NCBI GenBank assembly: GCA_951406725.2
Contig: OX597814.1
Location: 196,106,001-196,170,000 of the forward strand
Source: Octopus vulgaris
Taxonomy: Eukaryota
Length of the DNA: 64,000 nt
Reading direction: 5' to 3'
Each line of letters opens with the position of its first letter. Within the stretch, counting starts at the first letter, position 1. Of this stretch, positions 26,040 through 40,498 are shown piece by piece. The notes beneath the pieces were generated by a model. It had not been told where the DNA came from, searched no databases, and was given only the letters and a program-made list of their open reading frames with translations. The position numbers were made by a program, and so were the translations under genes.

Positions 26040-26393
26040 AATGAGATAGGGGTTGAAAATTTCAACCCACCATGGGATAACATATATCCAATATACTGCT
26101 AGATAGGTACCCAACAAGACTAATACATAGATGTTAAAAATTGCCAAGCAATTAGTTCATCTGTTGTATTATATGGGCAAAGGTAATAATATTACCGTAA
26201 ATTAATACTACAAAATTAGAAAATGGAGAAACATACTTAAATCAATAAAACATCAACTAACAGATGATACCCAATCAATACTTTATTACACCATTACATA
26301 TCAGTAAAGGCATTATACAAAATATATAGTAAATATAAATAGACAAGGAAATAGAAATATAAAATATAAAATAAAATATATAATTATATCATA

Positions 26394-26503
26394 TCTGACA
26401 GCTGTTTCGGCAGTAAGGGCAGTCATACCTCATTTAACCTATAAGCCATAAAGGCAGGTATAAATGAGGCATTAACAAGGATGCCCCACGGCCTCTTCAG
26501 AGA
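26394..26503 (-). ncRNA. Hammerhead motif with extended stem II (left arm)
   Basis: Reverse complement of 27977-28086. Confidence 0.8.
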
Positions 26504-27976
26504 ATTTAATTTGTTATAATTGTGAAAAAAATTATTTTTCCATATACATATAAATATAAAAATATAAAAATGTAAAATATAAAAACTTGTGCATAAACTC
26601 CATAATGCTACACATATATAATACTCATTGATACAATAATGCAAGGTAAACAAAACAAAATAAAACAAAATATATATCAGTGTATATATTAATATTAATA
26701 AGCACAGTTATTTTACATATTTAGCTAATAGTTCTAAAAACTAACACATAGGGAGATGTATGCGCACTACTATTTAAATTAAAATCATCCCTATACCTGA
26801 AAATAATAATAAAAAAAACCATAGTTCAGTTCATAAAATTATAATCGTAATTAATTCTTCTTATTTATTTTATCACATTTTAACTTAAGTATTTACAATC
26901 TTTTAACTTCTGTGATTTTCTTATATACGATTGCATTAGTGAGTCCCCCTGTTGTTATTATTTAATGCCTAATCTTGTTTATAATGGCATAGAATTTAAT
27001 AAGTAAAAAAGAGATATATATTTATAATATAAAAATTAATCTATACTTTATAACTTAGCATACATGGAATCACAACAAATTTACGGTAAATCTAGTAACC
27101 GTTATGTTGACTATGATAAAAACCGGTGTTAAATACGTAAGGTACATAGTGAAATAACATCCGACATCGTTATATTGATTTATAAATATATATATCATTG
27201 AAATAAATATTTTATGGAAATATATGAGTGGATCTTTTTTGTTATTTGAGGCATAGTTATAATTTTGATAGACTAGATGACAGTATAGTTGCTCCCCTAT
27301 TTATTTATCTTTATGCTAGAGGTTGCTTGTGGATGCGTATGTGTATAAGTGTATGTGTGTGTGTATACATATAATTATGTATGTATGTGCGATTGATCTG
27401 TGGATGTGCGTGTGCGTATTTGCGTTTCTTGACTAACCAACCGTAAAATTTCTTTTGTGATTCAAATTTCAAACTACAAGCCAATCGAAGTAATCTAGAA
27501 TAATCAATATCAAGCGGACAGAAAAACTAAACTCATAGTTATTTCGATTTTGAATGGATGTACTTGGTGCTAACTTAACTGTATCTATTATTATTTTTAT
27601 TAATATTAATAGTAATTTATATTGACTTTTATAGGTTTATAATTTTATGAACTGAACTATGGTTTTTTTATTATTATTTTCAGGTATAGGGATGATTTTA
27701 ATTTAAATAGTAGTGCGCATACATCTCCCTATGTGTTAGTTTTTAGAACTATTAGCTAAATATGTAAAATAACTGTGCTTATTAATATTAATATATACAC
27801 TGATATATATTTTGTTTTATTTTGTTTTGTTTACCTTGCATTATTGTATCAATGAGTATTATATATGTGTAGCATTATGGAGTTTATGCACAAGTTTTTA
27901 TATTTTACATTTTTATATTTTTATATTTATATGTATATGGAAAAATAATTTTTTTCACAATTATAACAAATTAAAT

Positions 27977-28086
27977 TCTCTGAAGAGGCCGTGGGGCATC
28001 CTTGTTAATGCCTCATTTATACCTGCCTTTATGGCTTATAGGTTAAATGAGGTATGACTGCCCTTACTGCCGAAACAGCTGTCAGA
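27977..28086 (+). ncRNA. Hammerhead motif with extended stem II (right arm)
   Basis: TCT CTGAAGA GGC..GCC GAAA CAGCTG TC AGA. Confidence 0.8.
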
Positions 28087-29054
28087 TATGATATAATTAT
28101 ATATTTTATTTTATATTTTATATTTCTATTTCCTTGTCTATTTATATTTACTATATATTTTGTATAATGCCTTTACTGATATGTAATGGTGTAATAAAGT
28201 ATTGATTGGGTATCATCTGTTAGTTGATGTTTTATTGATTTAAGTATGTTTCTCCATTTTCTAATTTTGTAGTTATATATATATATATATATAGATATTC
28301 TTTTATGTATATATATATATATATATATACATATGCATATACACATACACACACGCAAATACATACGCACGCACACTTTCACCTTTATATATGTGTGTAT
28401 GTGTATGTGTGTGTGTAAGTGGAAGGGAATAGAAAGAATATATCAAGACAGAAAATTCAAGAGAGAGAAATTATCTGCAATAGGTGTAGTGATGCGAATG
28501 TTGTGTATTTTTTGTTGGGTGACATAAGTAATAAAACGGACACACAGACACAATAGTTATCGAAATTAACGGACAACACAACATCTAAAATAGTTGAAAC
28601 GTACGTGAAAAACTGCTAAGGAACGTAGAATAGAATTCTAAGAAATCAAAACGTGAGCAATAAGAAAATACAAAAACCTACTTCTTTTGTAAAAGTCACA
28701 TGCAAAACTTATATCGTGATCAATGAAATGCCGTATAGAATTTATTTCTATATGAAAGTTATTAAAAGATTTTATGAAGATCAAATGCGACTGCCCAAAG
28801 GAGTTAAGAGATTGGAGAAAGTACAAGAAAACTTCCAAATAAGAATGATAATATTAACAATTGGTGATAAAGAGGAAAAACTATTCACGTCATCCATTCG
28901 GTGGAAGAGGCCTTGAAATCAAATATATCGAAAGCTGTCGGTAATAGTTCGATAAATCAGATTGGTATTTTAAAACTGATTTCTTTTGAAATGAAATATA
29001 ATACTACTTACTTAAATTTAGTGGACATCCGACGAAATGACGATAATATCTTTA

Positions 29055-29426
29055 TGATTAGGGCGGCGGACTCGCGGTCATAGGATCGCAATTTCGATTT
29101 CCAGACTGGGCTTGTGAGTGTTTGTTGAGTGTTTATTGAGCGAAAACACCTAAAGCTCCACGAGACTCCGGCAGAAGGTGGTGACGAACCCTGCTGTACT
29201 CTTTCACCACAACATTCTCTCAATCTTTCTTCCTGTTTCTGTTGTACCTGTATTTCAAAGGGCCAGCCTTGTCACACTCTGTGTCACGCTGAATCTCCCC
29301 GAGAACTACGTTAAGGGTACAGGAGTCTGCGGAGTGCCCAGCCACTTGAGCGTTAATTTCACGAGCAGGCTGTTCCGTTGATCGGATCAGCTGGAACCGA
29401 CGTCGTCATAACCGACGGAATGCCAC
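29055..29426 (+). mobile_element. SINE family C (tail type 1)
   Basis: Same head and tail as 12143-12526. Confidence 0.88.
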
Positions 29427-30653
29427 GATATAGGTTTGATCATTTTCAAAAGTCACCAGCAGGCTTTTAAAAAAAGTTGCACAAGATTTTTTCAATAGCC
29501 AGACGTATCGCAAGAGACGTACTGGAGAAAACTTCATGGGATATTTAAATGAATTCTGGTGCAGGTAAAAACTTACATTTAATAATTTTTTCTATGCCAC
29601 CGCTATCAGTTTTACACGTAGATCTATTATCGATTCGAACATTAGCTCCATACAAATATTTACAAAATAGTAAATATACCACAATGTCAATATTTATACA
29701 AAATAGTAAATATACAAACTAGTAAATATTTATACAAAATAGTAAATATTTTGGCCAAATATTTACTATTCATTGGGCATTTGCAGGTGTCCCTACAGTT
29801 ACATTTCAAATCTTGCTCATTTTCATTGGCTTATAGTCTTTTAACGACGTTCACTAACCGCGTGAAGTTCTTGCGTCAAGATTAGTTAACCACTCGCGTT
29901 CATATTTCATTGATGCAGACATACGATAGAACAACACGAACAATAAGGTTTTTAGGGTTTTCTAGAATATTTCGCAAAAGATCTCGTCGATTTAATAAGA
30001 AAAATTAAATTCCTGAACACAAATAACGGCTTCCTGCGGATCCCGAAAGACAGTTTATAGCATGTACCAGAATTCAATAAAATTTTCATTCCGTACGAAA
30101 AGATCTGGAATTTGTAAAGTGACAACAGGGACCTTTAAAAGTGACCCTTCCCATTGACACATATAACAAAGCAAATCTAAATTTGTTCAACAAGTTTATC
30201 ACACAGAAGCTCATGAATTTGCCAATTGCTTTTACGGCAGAGGAAAGTAGCTAACATCTGGTACACACTTCATAACCTTTCAGGTCCGTAGGGTTAATTT
30301 TAGGAATAACTCTAAAAGTAAGTTAATTAACCTCCACAAACTGAAATATGTATAATTAGTAAGTATATATTAGACATTAAACTAGGAATGTTAAAGCGAT
30401 ATCCCCTAATGGGACAACATAATGTCTCATTAGCAGTGGGATTACCCAGCTGAAAATAGTTGATAAAAATACTTGATATTTGTTCGTTCATAAACGAATA
30501 TCTTACCATAATAGATTGGAATTTGCTAAAGCTTAGACTTATTAGTGACTTGGATATTCAAATAATTCAGCACGGCAGGAAATTATCGATGCTTTTCAAC
30601 ACCATTGTGTGAATGAAAAAGAAATTCAAACACAAAGCTTGATTAATACTTCG

Positions 30654-32125
<1,472 letters not shown>

Positions 32126-32353
32126 ATATAAATGGACGTTGAGTAAAAGCACCGACACAGTTTCGATTACCTTTTGTTATCCGTAGATTTACTGCAGGGA
32201 CTTCGTAATGGCGATTGGGGTAACAGTATTAATACAATAAGAGATGAAATGTGTAACAGAATTTATTGGGTACAACACATGTTTCGATACGTTATGGGTC
32301 TCTTCAGAGGTACATCACTAAAAACGTCTCACTACAGATTTCTTGAGTCGGCT

Positions 32354-32403
<50 letters not shown>

Positions 32404-32412
32404 CACACACAC

Positions 32413-32446
<34 letters not shown>

Positions 32447-32542
32447 AAAGAAAAACAGGACGCAAAGGATTTTATCCTATCACTTATACCACTAGATGGC
32501 ATATACAGGTGCTTACACTTATCAAGTATTCACCCTGAATTC

Positions 32543-32633
<91 letters not shown>

Positions 32634-32695
32634 GCATTCTATATGGAAATAAAGTCAAGGTAGAAAATGCTAAAATAATTTTATAAAAAAGATTT

Positions 32696-32731
32696 CAGTA
32701 CCGGTTTCAGTTATGGAGACTTTTTCAAATG
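32696..32731 (-). ncRNA. Hammerhead motif, U3-A8 variant
   Basis: Minus strand: CAT TTGAAAA AGT CTCCATA ACT GAAA CCGG TA CTG. Confidence 0.7.
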
Positions 32732-32978
32732 TAAGTATGGGAAACAATTAAATTTTGGAAAAACTTAAAAAAAGTTTTTTTAAAAGAACATATGGATAGT
32801 CTTTAAATACAAGTGCCATTTTCCTTGTTTCTGCCTGATTCTGTCTCTCTTGTTTACTCTTGTGGGTTATGATTATGCAACCATAAATACCCTATAAAGT
32901 ATATTAAATGTTTTTTATAGGTCAACAGCACGTTCGACTGCGTTAGCACTGCACCTTCTACATTATTCTGTTCACGTT

Positions 32979-33635
32979 AGAAATATCATTATTTCTAATT
33001 CCCTCTACAGGAGACTACGGGAGCGGTACTGGATATTAATAGTTATCGCCAATCTAACGTTGTAGTCCAGATGAATAGGATAAATGCTGCCTTTGATTAG
33101 CTCCAAGAGGCCATCGCCTCTAGCTATGTGACACACGAACCTGTGACTATTACAAACCTTCGAACAGGGGAGGTCAGCAGCTTTCAGCAGCCTCTCCTTG
33201 CTGGTCTGGCATCCACAGACTAGTTTCGAGGTGTTTCGACTAGTTTCAATGTGGAGTAGCCGAACCCAACAGGCGTCGCTCCTGACCGACTGTTCGAAGG
33301 ATTATTTATCTAAATTCAGTGGAATACATCCACTGGTTTTCAAAAATACACCCACTGGTTTTCAAAATTAGAAACTAGTCTGTAGATACCAGACCAGCAA
33401 GGGGAAGCTGCTGACCTCTCCTGTTCGAAGGTTATAATGGACACAGGTTTGTGTGCCACATAGCTAGCTAGAGGTGATGACCTCTTGGAGCTAATCAACG
33501 GCAGCATTCGCCCTATTTTTCTGGGCTGCCATGTTAGCTTGGCGATGACTATTAATATCCAGTGCCGCTGCCGTAGTCTCCTGTAGAGAGAATTAGAAAT
33601 AATATTTCTATTTTTGAAAACCAGTGGATGTATTC
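32979..33635. mobile_element. Diverged ~245-bp inverted repeat element (PLE-like)
   Basis: 32979-33227 inverted to 33371-33610; inner ends at GAAA CTAG TC TGT; nested 33323-33348 inverted to 33609-33634. Confidence 0.7.
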
Positions 33636-33749
33636 TGCCGGATGTTTCTGAACCAGTTGTAGAGTGTCCCACGCATGAGGGATCAATGCTAGGTGTGTCG
33701 AAACAATTGTTGTGAATAATAATTCTCGTATATTCATCTTTCACTTGCG

Positions 33750-33825
<76 letters not shown>

Positions 33826-33953
33826 ATGGTATATTTTAAGTACCATCACAAGTGGTAAGCGAATTATTAGCCGTACAGGCAAATTAATAAAATATATACA
33901 TACAACTTTCGCAGGCATGATGGAGGAGAATGTTAGTAGTTACTTAGCTGGCG

Positions 33954-34016
33954 GACTTTGGCTGATGAGAAATCACGTGTCTAGGTGGCGCTAAATTTCG
34001 AAACCGGTACCGAGTT
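33954..34016 (+). ncRNA. Intact minimal type I hammerhead ribozyme
   Basis: GACTTTGG CTGATGA GAAAT..ATTTC GAAA CCGG TA CCGAGTT. Confidence 0.88.
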
Positions 34017-34201
34017 GACCAGCATTTACTTGTTCTGACCCATTTGAGGTAAAACATTATTATTGTTCACTGATATTTTTCCTATCTTGTCTGTAATAGA
34101 TTTGTGACTTTTCGGTAGTACAGAAGTATTTTCTGACTTCTATAATTAGCGATATAGGTATTCATGTAGTACCCTTGCGTATATATGTACATATCTAATA
34201 T

Positions 34202-34344
<143 letters not shown>

Positions 34345-34659
34345 TGGAGGCTCAATGGCCTAGTGGTTAGGGCAGTGGACTCGCGGTCGTAGGATCGCGG
34401 TTTCGATTCCCAGACCGGGCGTTGTGAGTGTTTATTGAGCGAAAACACCTAAAGCTCCACGAGGCTCCGGCAGGGGGTGGTGGCGATCCCTGCTGTACTC
34501 TTTCGCCACAACTTTCTCTCACTCATTCTTCTGTTGGCCTGCTCGCTTAGCCAGCGGGGTGGCGTCATTTGAAGGCTAAAAAAACAATTCGAAGCGCATT
34601 GTGACCAGCGATGTGTAACAACATCTGATAGCCTGGTCGGTCACGGTGATCACGGTGAT
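34345..34659 (+). mobile_element. SINE family C (tail type 2)
   Basis: Family C head; tail ..gtgaccagcgatgtgtaacaacatctgat..ggtcacggtgatcacggtga. Confidence 0.88.
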
Positions 34660-34664
34660 ATATA

Positions 34665-35045
34665 TATGAATGTTATGATTAAGAAGGTGAATCACAATGA
34701 CATTTTTGTGTGCTCAGTTTGTGACAGACTATGCCTTTCTTTTACTGGGTTCAAATCTTATTTGCGAACCCACGGAAAACGAACCTCCACCACCTATTGT
34801 GCCCAGATATCTGTGCATACCTTTCAATTCAACGTATGCCAGATGGTCTGGAAATCTAACAGACGCCTCAAAAGACATTTTAAGATCAGAACTTAACTTC
34901 AGGTCTTGGTATTCCATATGCAATCTATGTGGGTGTCTTTTCAAAACATTGTCTGGTTTATAAAGCCACATCAGATGCTATGATAGTTCTAATGTGTAGG
35001 TACAGGAGGTGGTCTAATTCTACATAAGAAGCAGGCAACCACCAT
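34665..35045 (+). mobile_element. RTE-like LINE 3' end with three degenerate C2H2 zinc fingers
   Basis: CSVCDRLCLSFTGFKSYLRTH; NVCQMVWKSNRRLKRHF; CNLCGCLFKTLSGL*SHIR; no TGEKP linkers. Confidence 0.6.
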
Positions 35046-35395
35046 ATATATATATATATTCATATCTTCATTCCTATTTTACGCATAAAATTCACCTGTA
35101 CTTTTGTCATTCGCATTGGTTTCCATTCGTCTCTTAATCATCCTCTTCATTTGGATATATATCTCTCATAATGTAATATTTTCTTTTCATTAGTATATAT
35201 TTTTTCCGCATTCGTATATATTTTCTCATTCGTATATATTTTTCCTTTATATATATTTTCTTTCTTTGGGCGTAATTCACTTTTAATTCTTAATTAATTA
35301 TGGCTTAAACTGCAGGGTTCAATGAATTTATTTATTTATACATCTGTTTAGTTTGATATACTTCTAAGTTGGAATATATAAAGATAGATAAAGTG

Positions 35396-35489
35396 GACCT
35401 GAAGATTGGGATTCTATGCAAGGGGAGGTTCAGTAAGAGACTACGTGCCTCAGGCACATAGTATACAACCTCATGAAACACGTGTAGTC
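35396..35489 (+). ncRNA. Hammerhead motif with extended stem II
   Basis: GAC CTGAAGA TTGGGATT..AACCTCAT GAAA CACGTG TA GTC. Confidence 0.78.
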
Positions 35490-35600
35490 GAAAACTTTGA
35501 AACTGAATAGTAAGTATTAAATATAATATTCTATGACATCGTTGAATTTACATTCTGATTTGATGAATCTTATGGGCATTTCTATCTCTAATTGATACTT

Positions 35601-35637
<37 letters not shown>

Positions 35638-35870
35638 GTGAATAGTTTGTGAAGTAAGATCCTCCTTCTTTTCGATCTTGATATTGCGTTTCCTTCACAA
35701 AGATTTTGGCTGCCTAAAATTGTGGTGTTGATTTGGTATAGTAATGCTCTACCATTTAGAGTAGACAAGGTGTTTGAATAGCTCAGACAATATTGCAACA
35801 TTTCCAGTGTACTCTATATTACTCTCCTCTCTGGCTCTTTGTCTCCACTCACGTGCAAACACCCATACAC

Positions 35871-35871
<1 letters not shown>

Positions 35872-35962
<91 letters not shown>
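35872..35962. repeat. (CA)n microsatellite
   Basis: Visible directly. Confidence 0.95.
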
Positions 35963-35965
<3 letters not shown>

Positions 35966-35990
35966 GCACACGTATGATACTGAGCATTTA

Positions 35991-36228
35991 AGACGGCGAG
36001 CTGGCAGAATCGTTAGCACGCCGGGCGAAATGCGTAGCCGTATTTCGTCTGTTGTTACGTTCTGAGTTCAAATTCCGCCGAGGTCGACTTTGCCTTTCAT
36101 CCTTCCAGAGTCGATAAATTGAGTACCAGTTACGCACTGGGGTCGATCCAATCGACTTAATCCGTTTGTCTGTCCTTGTTTGTCCTCTCTGTGTTTAGCC
36201 CTTTGTGGGTAGTAAAGAAATAGAAATA
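35991..36228 (+). mobile_element. SINE family A with TSD gatactgagcat
   Basis: Homology to 8814; TSD at 35976 and 36229. Confidence 0.9.
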
Positions 36229-37561
36229 GATACTGAGCATATAGATTTATAGACATAATACACAATCAACTGACAGTGTTGTATCATACATCGGAAATGA
36301 AACTAAGACAAATTTATCGTACACCATGTAACCCCAGTAACTACATCGAAACTTTGATGAGCGAAGAAGAAGCACATATGCGCCTGGTAAGAACTAACAA
36401 CTGAATCTCCCTCAAACGACACCGCACCATCCTTAGTAAGTGGCCCATTGGAAAACGTCGTCCTTGGTTCTGTGAATGTAGGAAAAATCATGGAAGGACG
36501 GAAACTGGATTGCTTTTGATCATTAGTCTGACAGCCAAGTTCGATCTGAGGCTAACGACACACAACTCTGACACTATGACACATCACCTACATCGCATTA
36601 TCAAACACCTCAGTTAATGCCGCATTAGTTGCTAACATCACATCTTCCTTCTCTCATTAATGTCAACGCACGCCACTCAATACATCTATACAGCTAACTC
36701 TATCAGCTCCTCCTTCTTCGATCCACGTCCTCCTCCGCCTTCGCCTCCTCCTTCAGCTACTTCAAATACTTATGCTGCATCTAACATCCATAAAGTGGTA
36801 TGTCGTGTCGAAAGAAATAGTTAACCAGAACTGGAAGGCTTCAAATAAATAAATGTCAATCAATAAATCAATAGTTTATATATCAGGAAAAAAAAATGTC
36901 TTTTTTGCTGACATTTGGTTTTTCATGTCATTTATATTTACTTTTACTGTTTTTTTTTCCTTTTTTCCCTTAATTATTTATTATTGGTATAAACGGGTGA
37001 CGCATGTCTGTATTACACGTGTGATCAGAAGCAGATTCTGGTCACCTTAGTCATGGGCATATTAACCCATGAGCCATTCCCCTTCCTGCGGACGAAACCA
37101 AGAGAACAATAAGAAAAAAAAAAAACAGCAACCAACCGACCAACCAACCAAACAAACAAACAAGCGAAAACATCACTGATCGTATAAAGATGCAGGGAAA
37201 AAACATTACCACGGGTTTATAAATATTTATTAGGAAATATCGAATGCGTGTTGTTTCAGAGAAGTTCGACCATACATTTCTATCACCATTCGCATTCTTC
37301 AAGTACCTGTGTCACTGTAATCCATAAGTTTTAATGTTCAGAGCTATGGAAGTGTATATGTAGAGAGAACATGAATTAAAGGAATATATTTCCACTTATT
37401 TTTTACAATAAACATAGCTATGGTCATTTATATTCATGTTATATTCCATGCAATGTTATTTGCATGCATATACACATATACATACATATCTGGTGAGATC
37501 CACGTTTACAATTCAATCCATGCTCGTGACCATGCATACATACATACATATATATATATTC

Positions 37562-37648
<87 letters not shown>

Positions 37649-38042
37649 GTATGTATATATATATATAAATGTATAAATATATAAAAATATTCATTTATAT
37701 ATATTTATTCATATATATATATAATATATATATTCATATATATACATACATATATATATGTTCATATATATATATATATATATATATATGGCTATATATA
37801 AACACATTTACAAATATACATATACACATACAAGACTACCGTGTTTGATGTCTAAATTCTAATGAAAGAATCTTGTTGGGCTAGAAACCAGCTCCTCAAA
37901 AACGACCCCCAAAACAAACATGTATATTTAAATATGTATTTTGATATACGTGTGTGTTTATGTACGTAGATATACGTACATATACCTATACGTATATATA
38001 CATATGTATTTATGCATATATATACTTATATATGTTCAAATA

Positions 38043-39220
38043 CAGGGGTTAGACAAAATAAGGAAAATACCTCTTTTCATTTAGGTATTTTTACTACTGA
38101 CAGTATGAGAAAGTCAAAACTCTTCTAGTTCGTATATTACCTTACTATGTACTTCATGACACAACCCTCTGATTTTCTTACTTTATTGTATTTATGTATA
38201 TTTAAATGAGTTAAAATGTGCGATTTATCTCATTCTAAAAATATTCGATATGTTGGAGCGCTGATGTCTGACGTTTAAAACTGCAGAATTGTTTATTGTT
38301 TAGAGAAGTACAGTCTTTAAAGTAAGGCTGGCATTTCAAAGCCAGGGTGAATCGACCTCTGGCATATGTAATTATGGACGGAATTTAAAGCTCACAGAGA
38401 AGAACAACAGAACGGTGAAACTTATTGAATCTTAATCCTATTGAACTGAAAGCAAGCAGAACGAAACCACCACCTTTCTAACCCTGTGTCAATCAAAATC
38501 GTTCATGTTGAGTTCCACACAGATGAATACCTCGAGAATGCTTAACATTTCTCCACTGATAAACGGAAAACATGGCGTTTATACGATTAAAAATTATCAT
38601 TGGCTCAATGGAGTAATATTATCCTTTCTTGTAAATCATGATTATTATATTTAGAGACAGCCTGAAGAAGTCTCTGAGCTTAACAGTTTAGCCTACATCA
38701 TAAGGCATAGAGATGAATCAGGGATAATCTTGACACCCATAGCATAGAATTCACTTGGCTGTTTAGCTATTCTAAGTGGTAGTGTTAACGTCAAGGAATA
38801 CCTCATTCTTTTCACTGATCGTATCCGTCCTGTTGAAAAAGCATGGTATATTCTATGATTGTTGAGCAATCTTCAACGACAATAATGTGCTGAGTCATAC
38901 AGCTTATGCTATTCTAAATTGGTGCGAAGAACCACAGAATTGAAGTAGACCATTACGATTGACACCCGCAAACATCGGATCGCAATCGAAAATTCACGGT
39001 GTATTTTTGAGCAGTACCTAAGAAACCGCCTCTCTCCATTGCAAGATCTAAAGCGGGTTTTACTTGAAGAACGGCTCAATATTCTCTAAGCAAACGGTCA
39101 GAACCTGTATGAATCAATTTCTCGATGTATTAGAGCTGTGATTGATGCAAAATGTGGACCAACACCGTAGAAATAAAATATTCATTCAACACGTGTTTTC
39201 TTTATATTGTCCCACCCTTG
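38043..39220 (+). mobile_element. Decayed Tc1-like element
   Basis: TA + caggggttagacaaaata ... tatattgtcccacccttg + TA; C-terminal IRAVIDAKCGPTP. Confidence 0.75.
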
Positions 39221-39523
39221 TATGCATGGATAGATGTGCATATAATATTCCCTTGTAAATGGAGGTTTAGCGGAGATATAATGTTGCCTCTTATTCAGTA
39301 GCAACGTAATAAAGAAATGGAGTTTCGTTTTCATTTCTACTTGTATTTTCTTGAAAAATATATCCTTATTCTCATTGCAATCCTTTCCACAACCATTCAT
39401 CATTGGAATTTTCTTGGCTTTGCCCATTTTATTGTCACAGATTCCGCGATTAGCGCAGGAATTACAAACATACGTATTTCTGCAAGTATTGAAAATTCAT
39501 CTTCTGTTACTGTATGGACGTGT

Positions 39524-39580
39524 GTATGTATGTATGTATGTATGTATGTATGTATGTATGTATGTATGTATGTATGTATG

Positions 39581-39610
<30 letters not shown>
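39524..39610. repeat. (TATG)n microsatellite
   Basis: Visible directly. Confidence 0.95.
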
Positions 39611-39611
<1 letters not shown>

Positions 39612-40070
39612 GCATGCATGCGTGCATACATCTATGTATGTTTGTATGTATGGTTTTATGTAATAAGGGATCTCTTAACAATTTTGAGGCGTGCTACGTG
39701 GGGACGTTGGTACTCGTTTCCATTTGGATCCAAAATAGATCCAGGTTTAAATGCTGCATAATGACAGAATACTACCAGTTTGTGGTTCTAATAATTGATA
39801 TGGTAATAGTAATTTTATGGAGGAAATGTGTTAGGCAATGAAGAAATTATTGATGGGTGGAAACAATGTTGGTTTAAGAGAAAAAAATTAGCAACGGTGC
39901 TAGCGAAACGAAAGTATTTAAATGAATAATATATGCCTTAAGAAAGCAATTTAAATAGGAGTATTTTATGATATTGCTGATGAGCTCACTTGCATGTTGC
40001 TTAGAAACAAAAATTCGTGCCTTGGGCCCGAATCTTGCTGTGTGCCAATCACAAGTAAATATGTAAGCAT

Positions 40071-40498
40071 AGGCGTAGGAGTGGCTTTGTGGTAAGTAGC
40101 TTGCTTAACATCCACATTGTTCTGGGTTCACTCCCACTGCGTGGCACCTTGGGCAAGTATCTTCTACTATAGCCTCGGGCCGACCAAAGCCTTATGAATG
40201 GATTTGGTAGAATCCTGTCGTATATATGTGTATATATATATATATATATACACATATTTATATATATATATATAATGTGTGTGTGTGTGTGTGTGTACGT
40301 TTGTGTGTCTGTGTTTGTACCCCAACATCGTTTGACAACCGACTTTTGTGTATTTACGTCCCCGTAACTTAGCGGTTCGGCAAAAGTGACCGATAGAATA
40401 AGTACTAGGCTTACGAAAAACAAGTCCTGGAGTTAATTTGCTCGACTAAAGGCGGTGCTCCAGCATGGCCACAGTCAAATGACTGAAACAAGTAAAGA
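40071..40498 (+). mobile_element. SINE family B
   Basis: Homology to family B. Confidence 0.88.

Larger units (their letters stand above)
26035..28273 (-). mobile_element. Young non-coding PLE-like element with ~637-bp inverted pLTR, flanked by (TA)n
   Basis: 26207-26844 is the near-perfect reverse complement of 27637-28273 (identical ORF-track peptides at 26423 and 27812); HHR in each arm. Confidence 0.85.

Noticed and set aside
26423-28057. Identical 81-aa ORF on both strands
   Set aside because: Product of the inverted duplication; low-complexity AT-rich frame overlapping the ribozyme
28640-28920. 87-aa ORF faintly resembling an RTE C-terminus
   Set aside because: Too degenerate to assign
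29650-29772. Short direct and inverted repeats aaatatttatacaaaatagt (also 21-bp duplication at 18838-18880)
   Set aside because: Simple local duplications; no spacers, so not CRISPR-like
32273-32310. Minus-strand CTGAAGA GA..TC GAAA CATG TG
   Set aside because: G at position 17 and no stem I; possibly a decayed HHR but not supportable
34345-34420. tRNA-like sequences (also 42884, 44740, 59646)
   Set aside because: SINE heads followed by SINE bodies; no full cloverleaf
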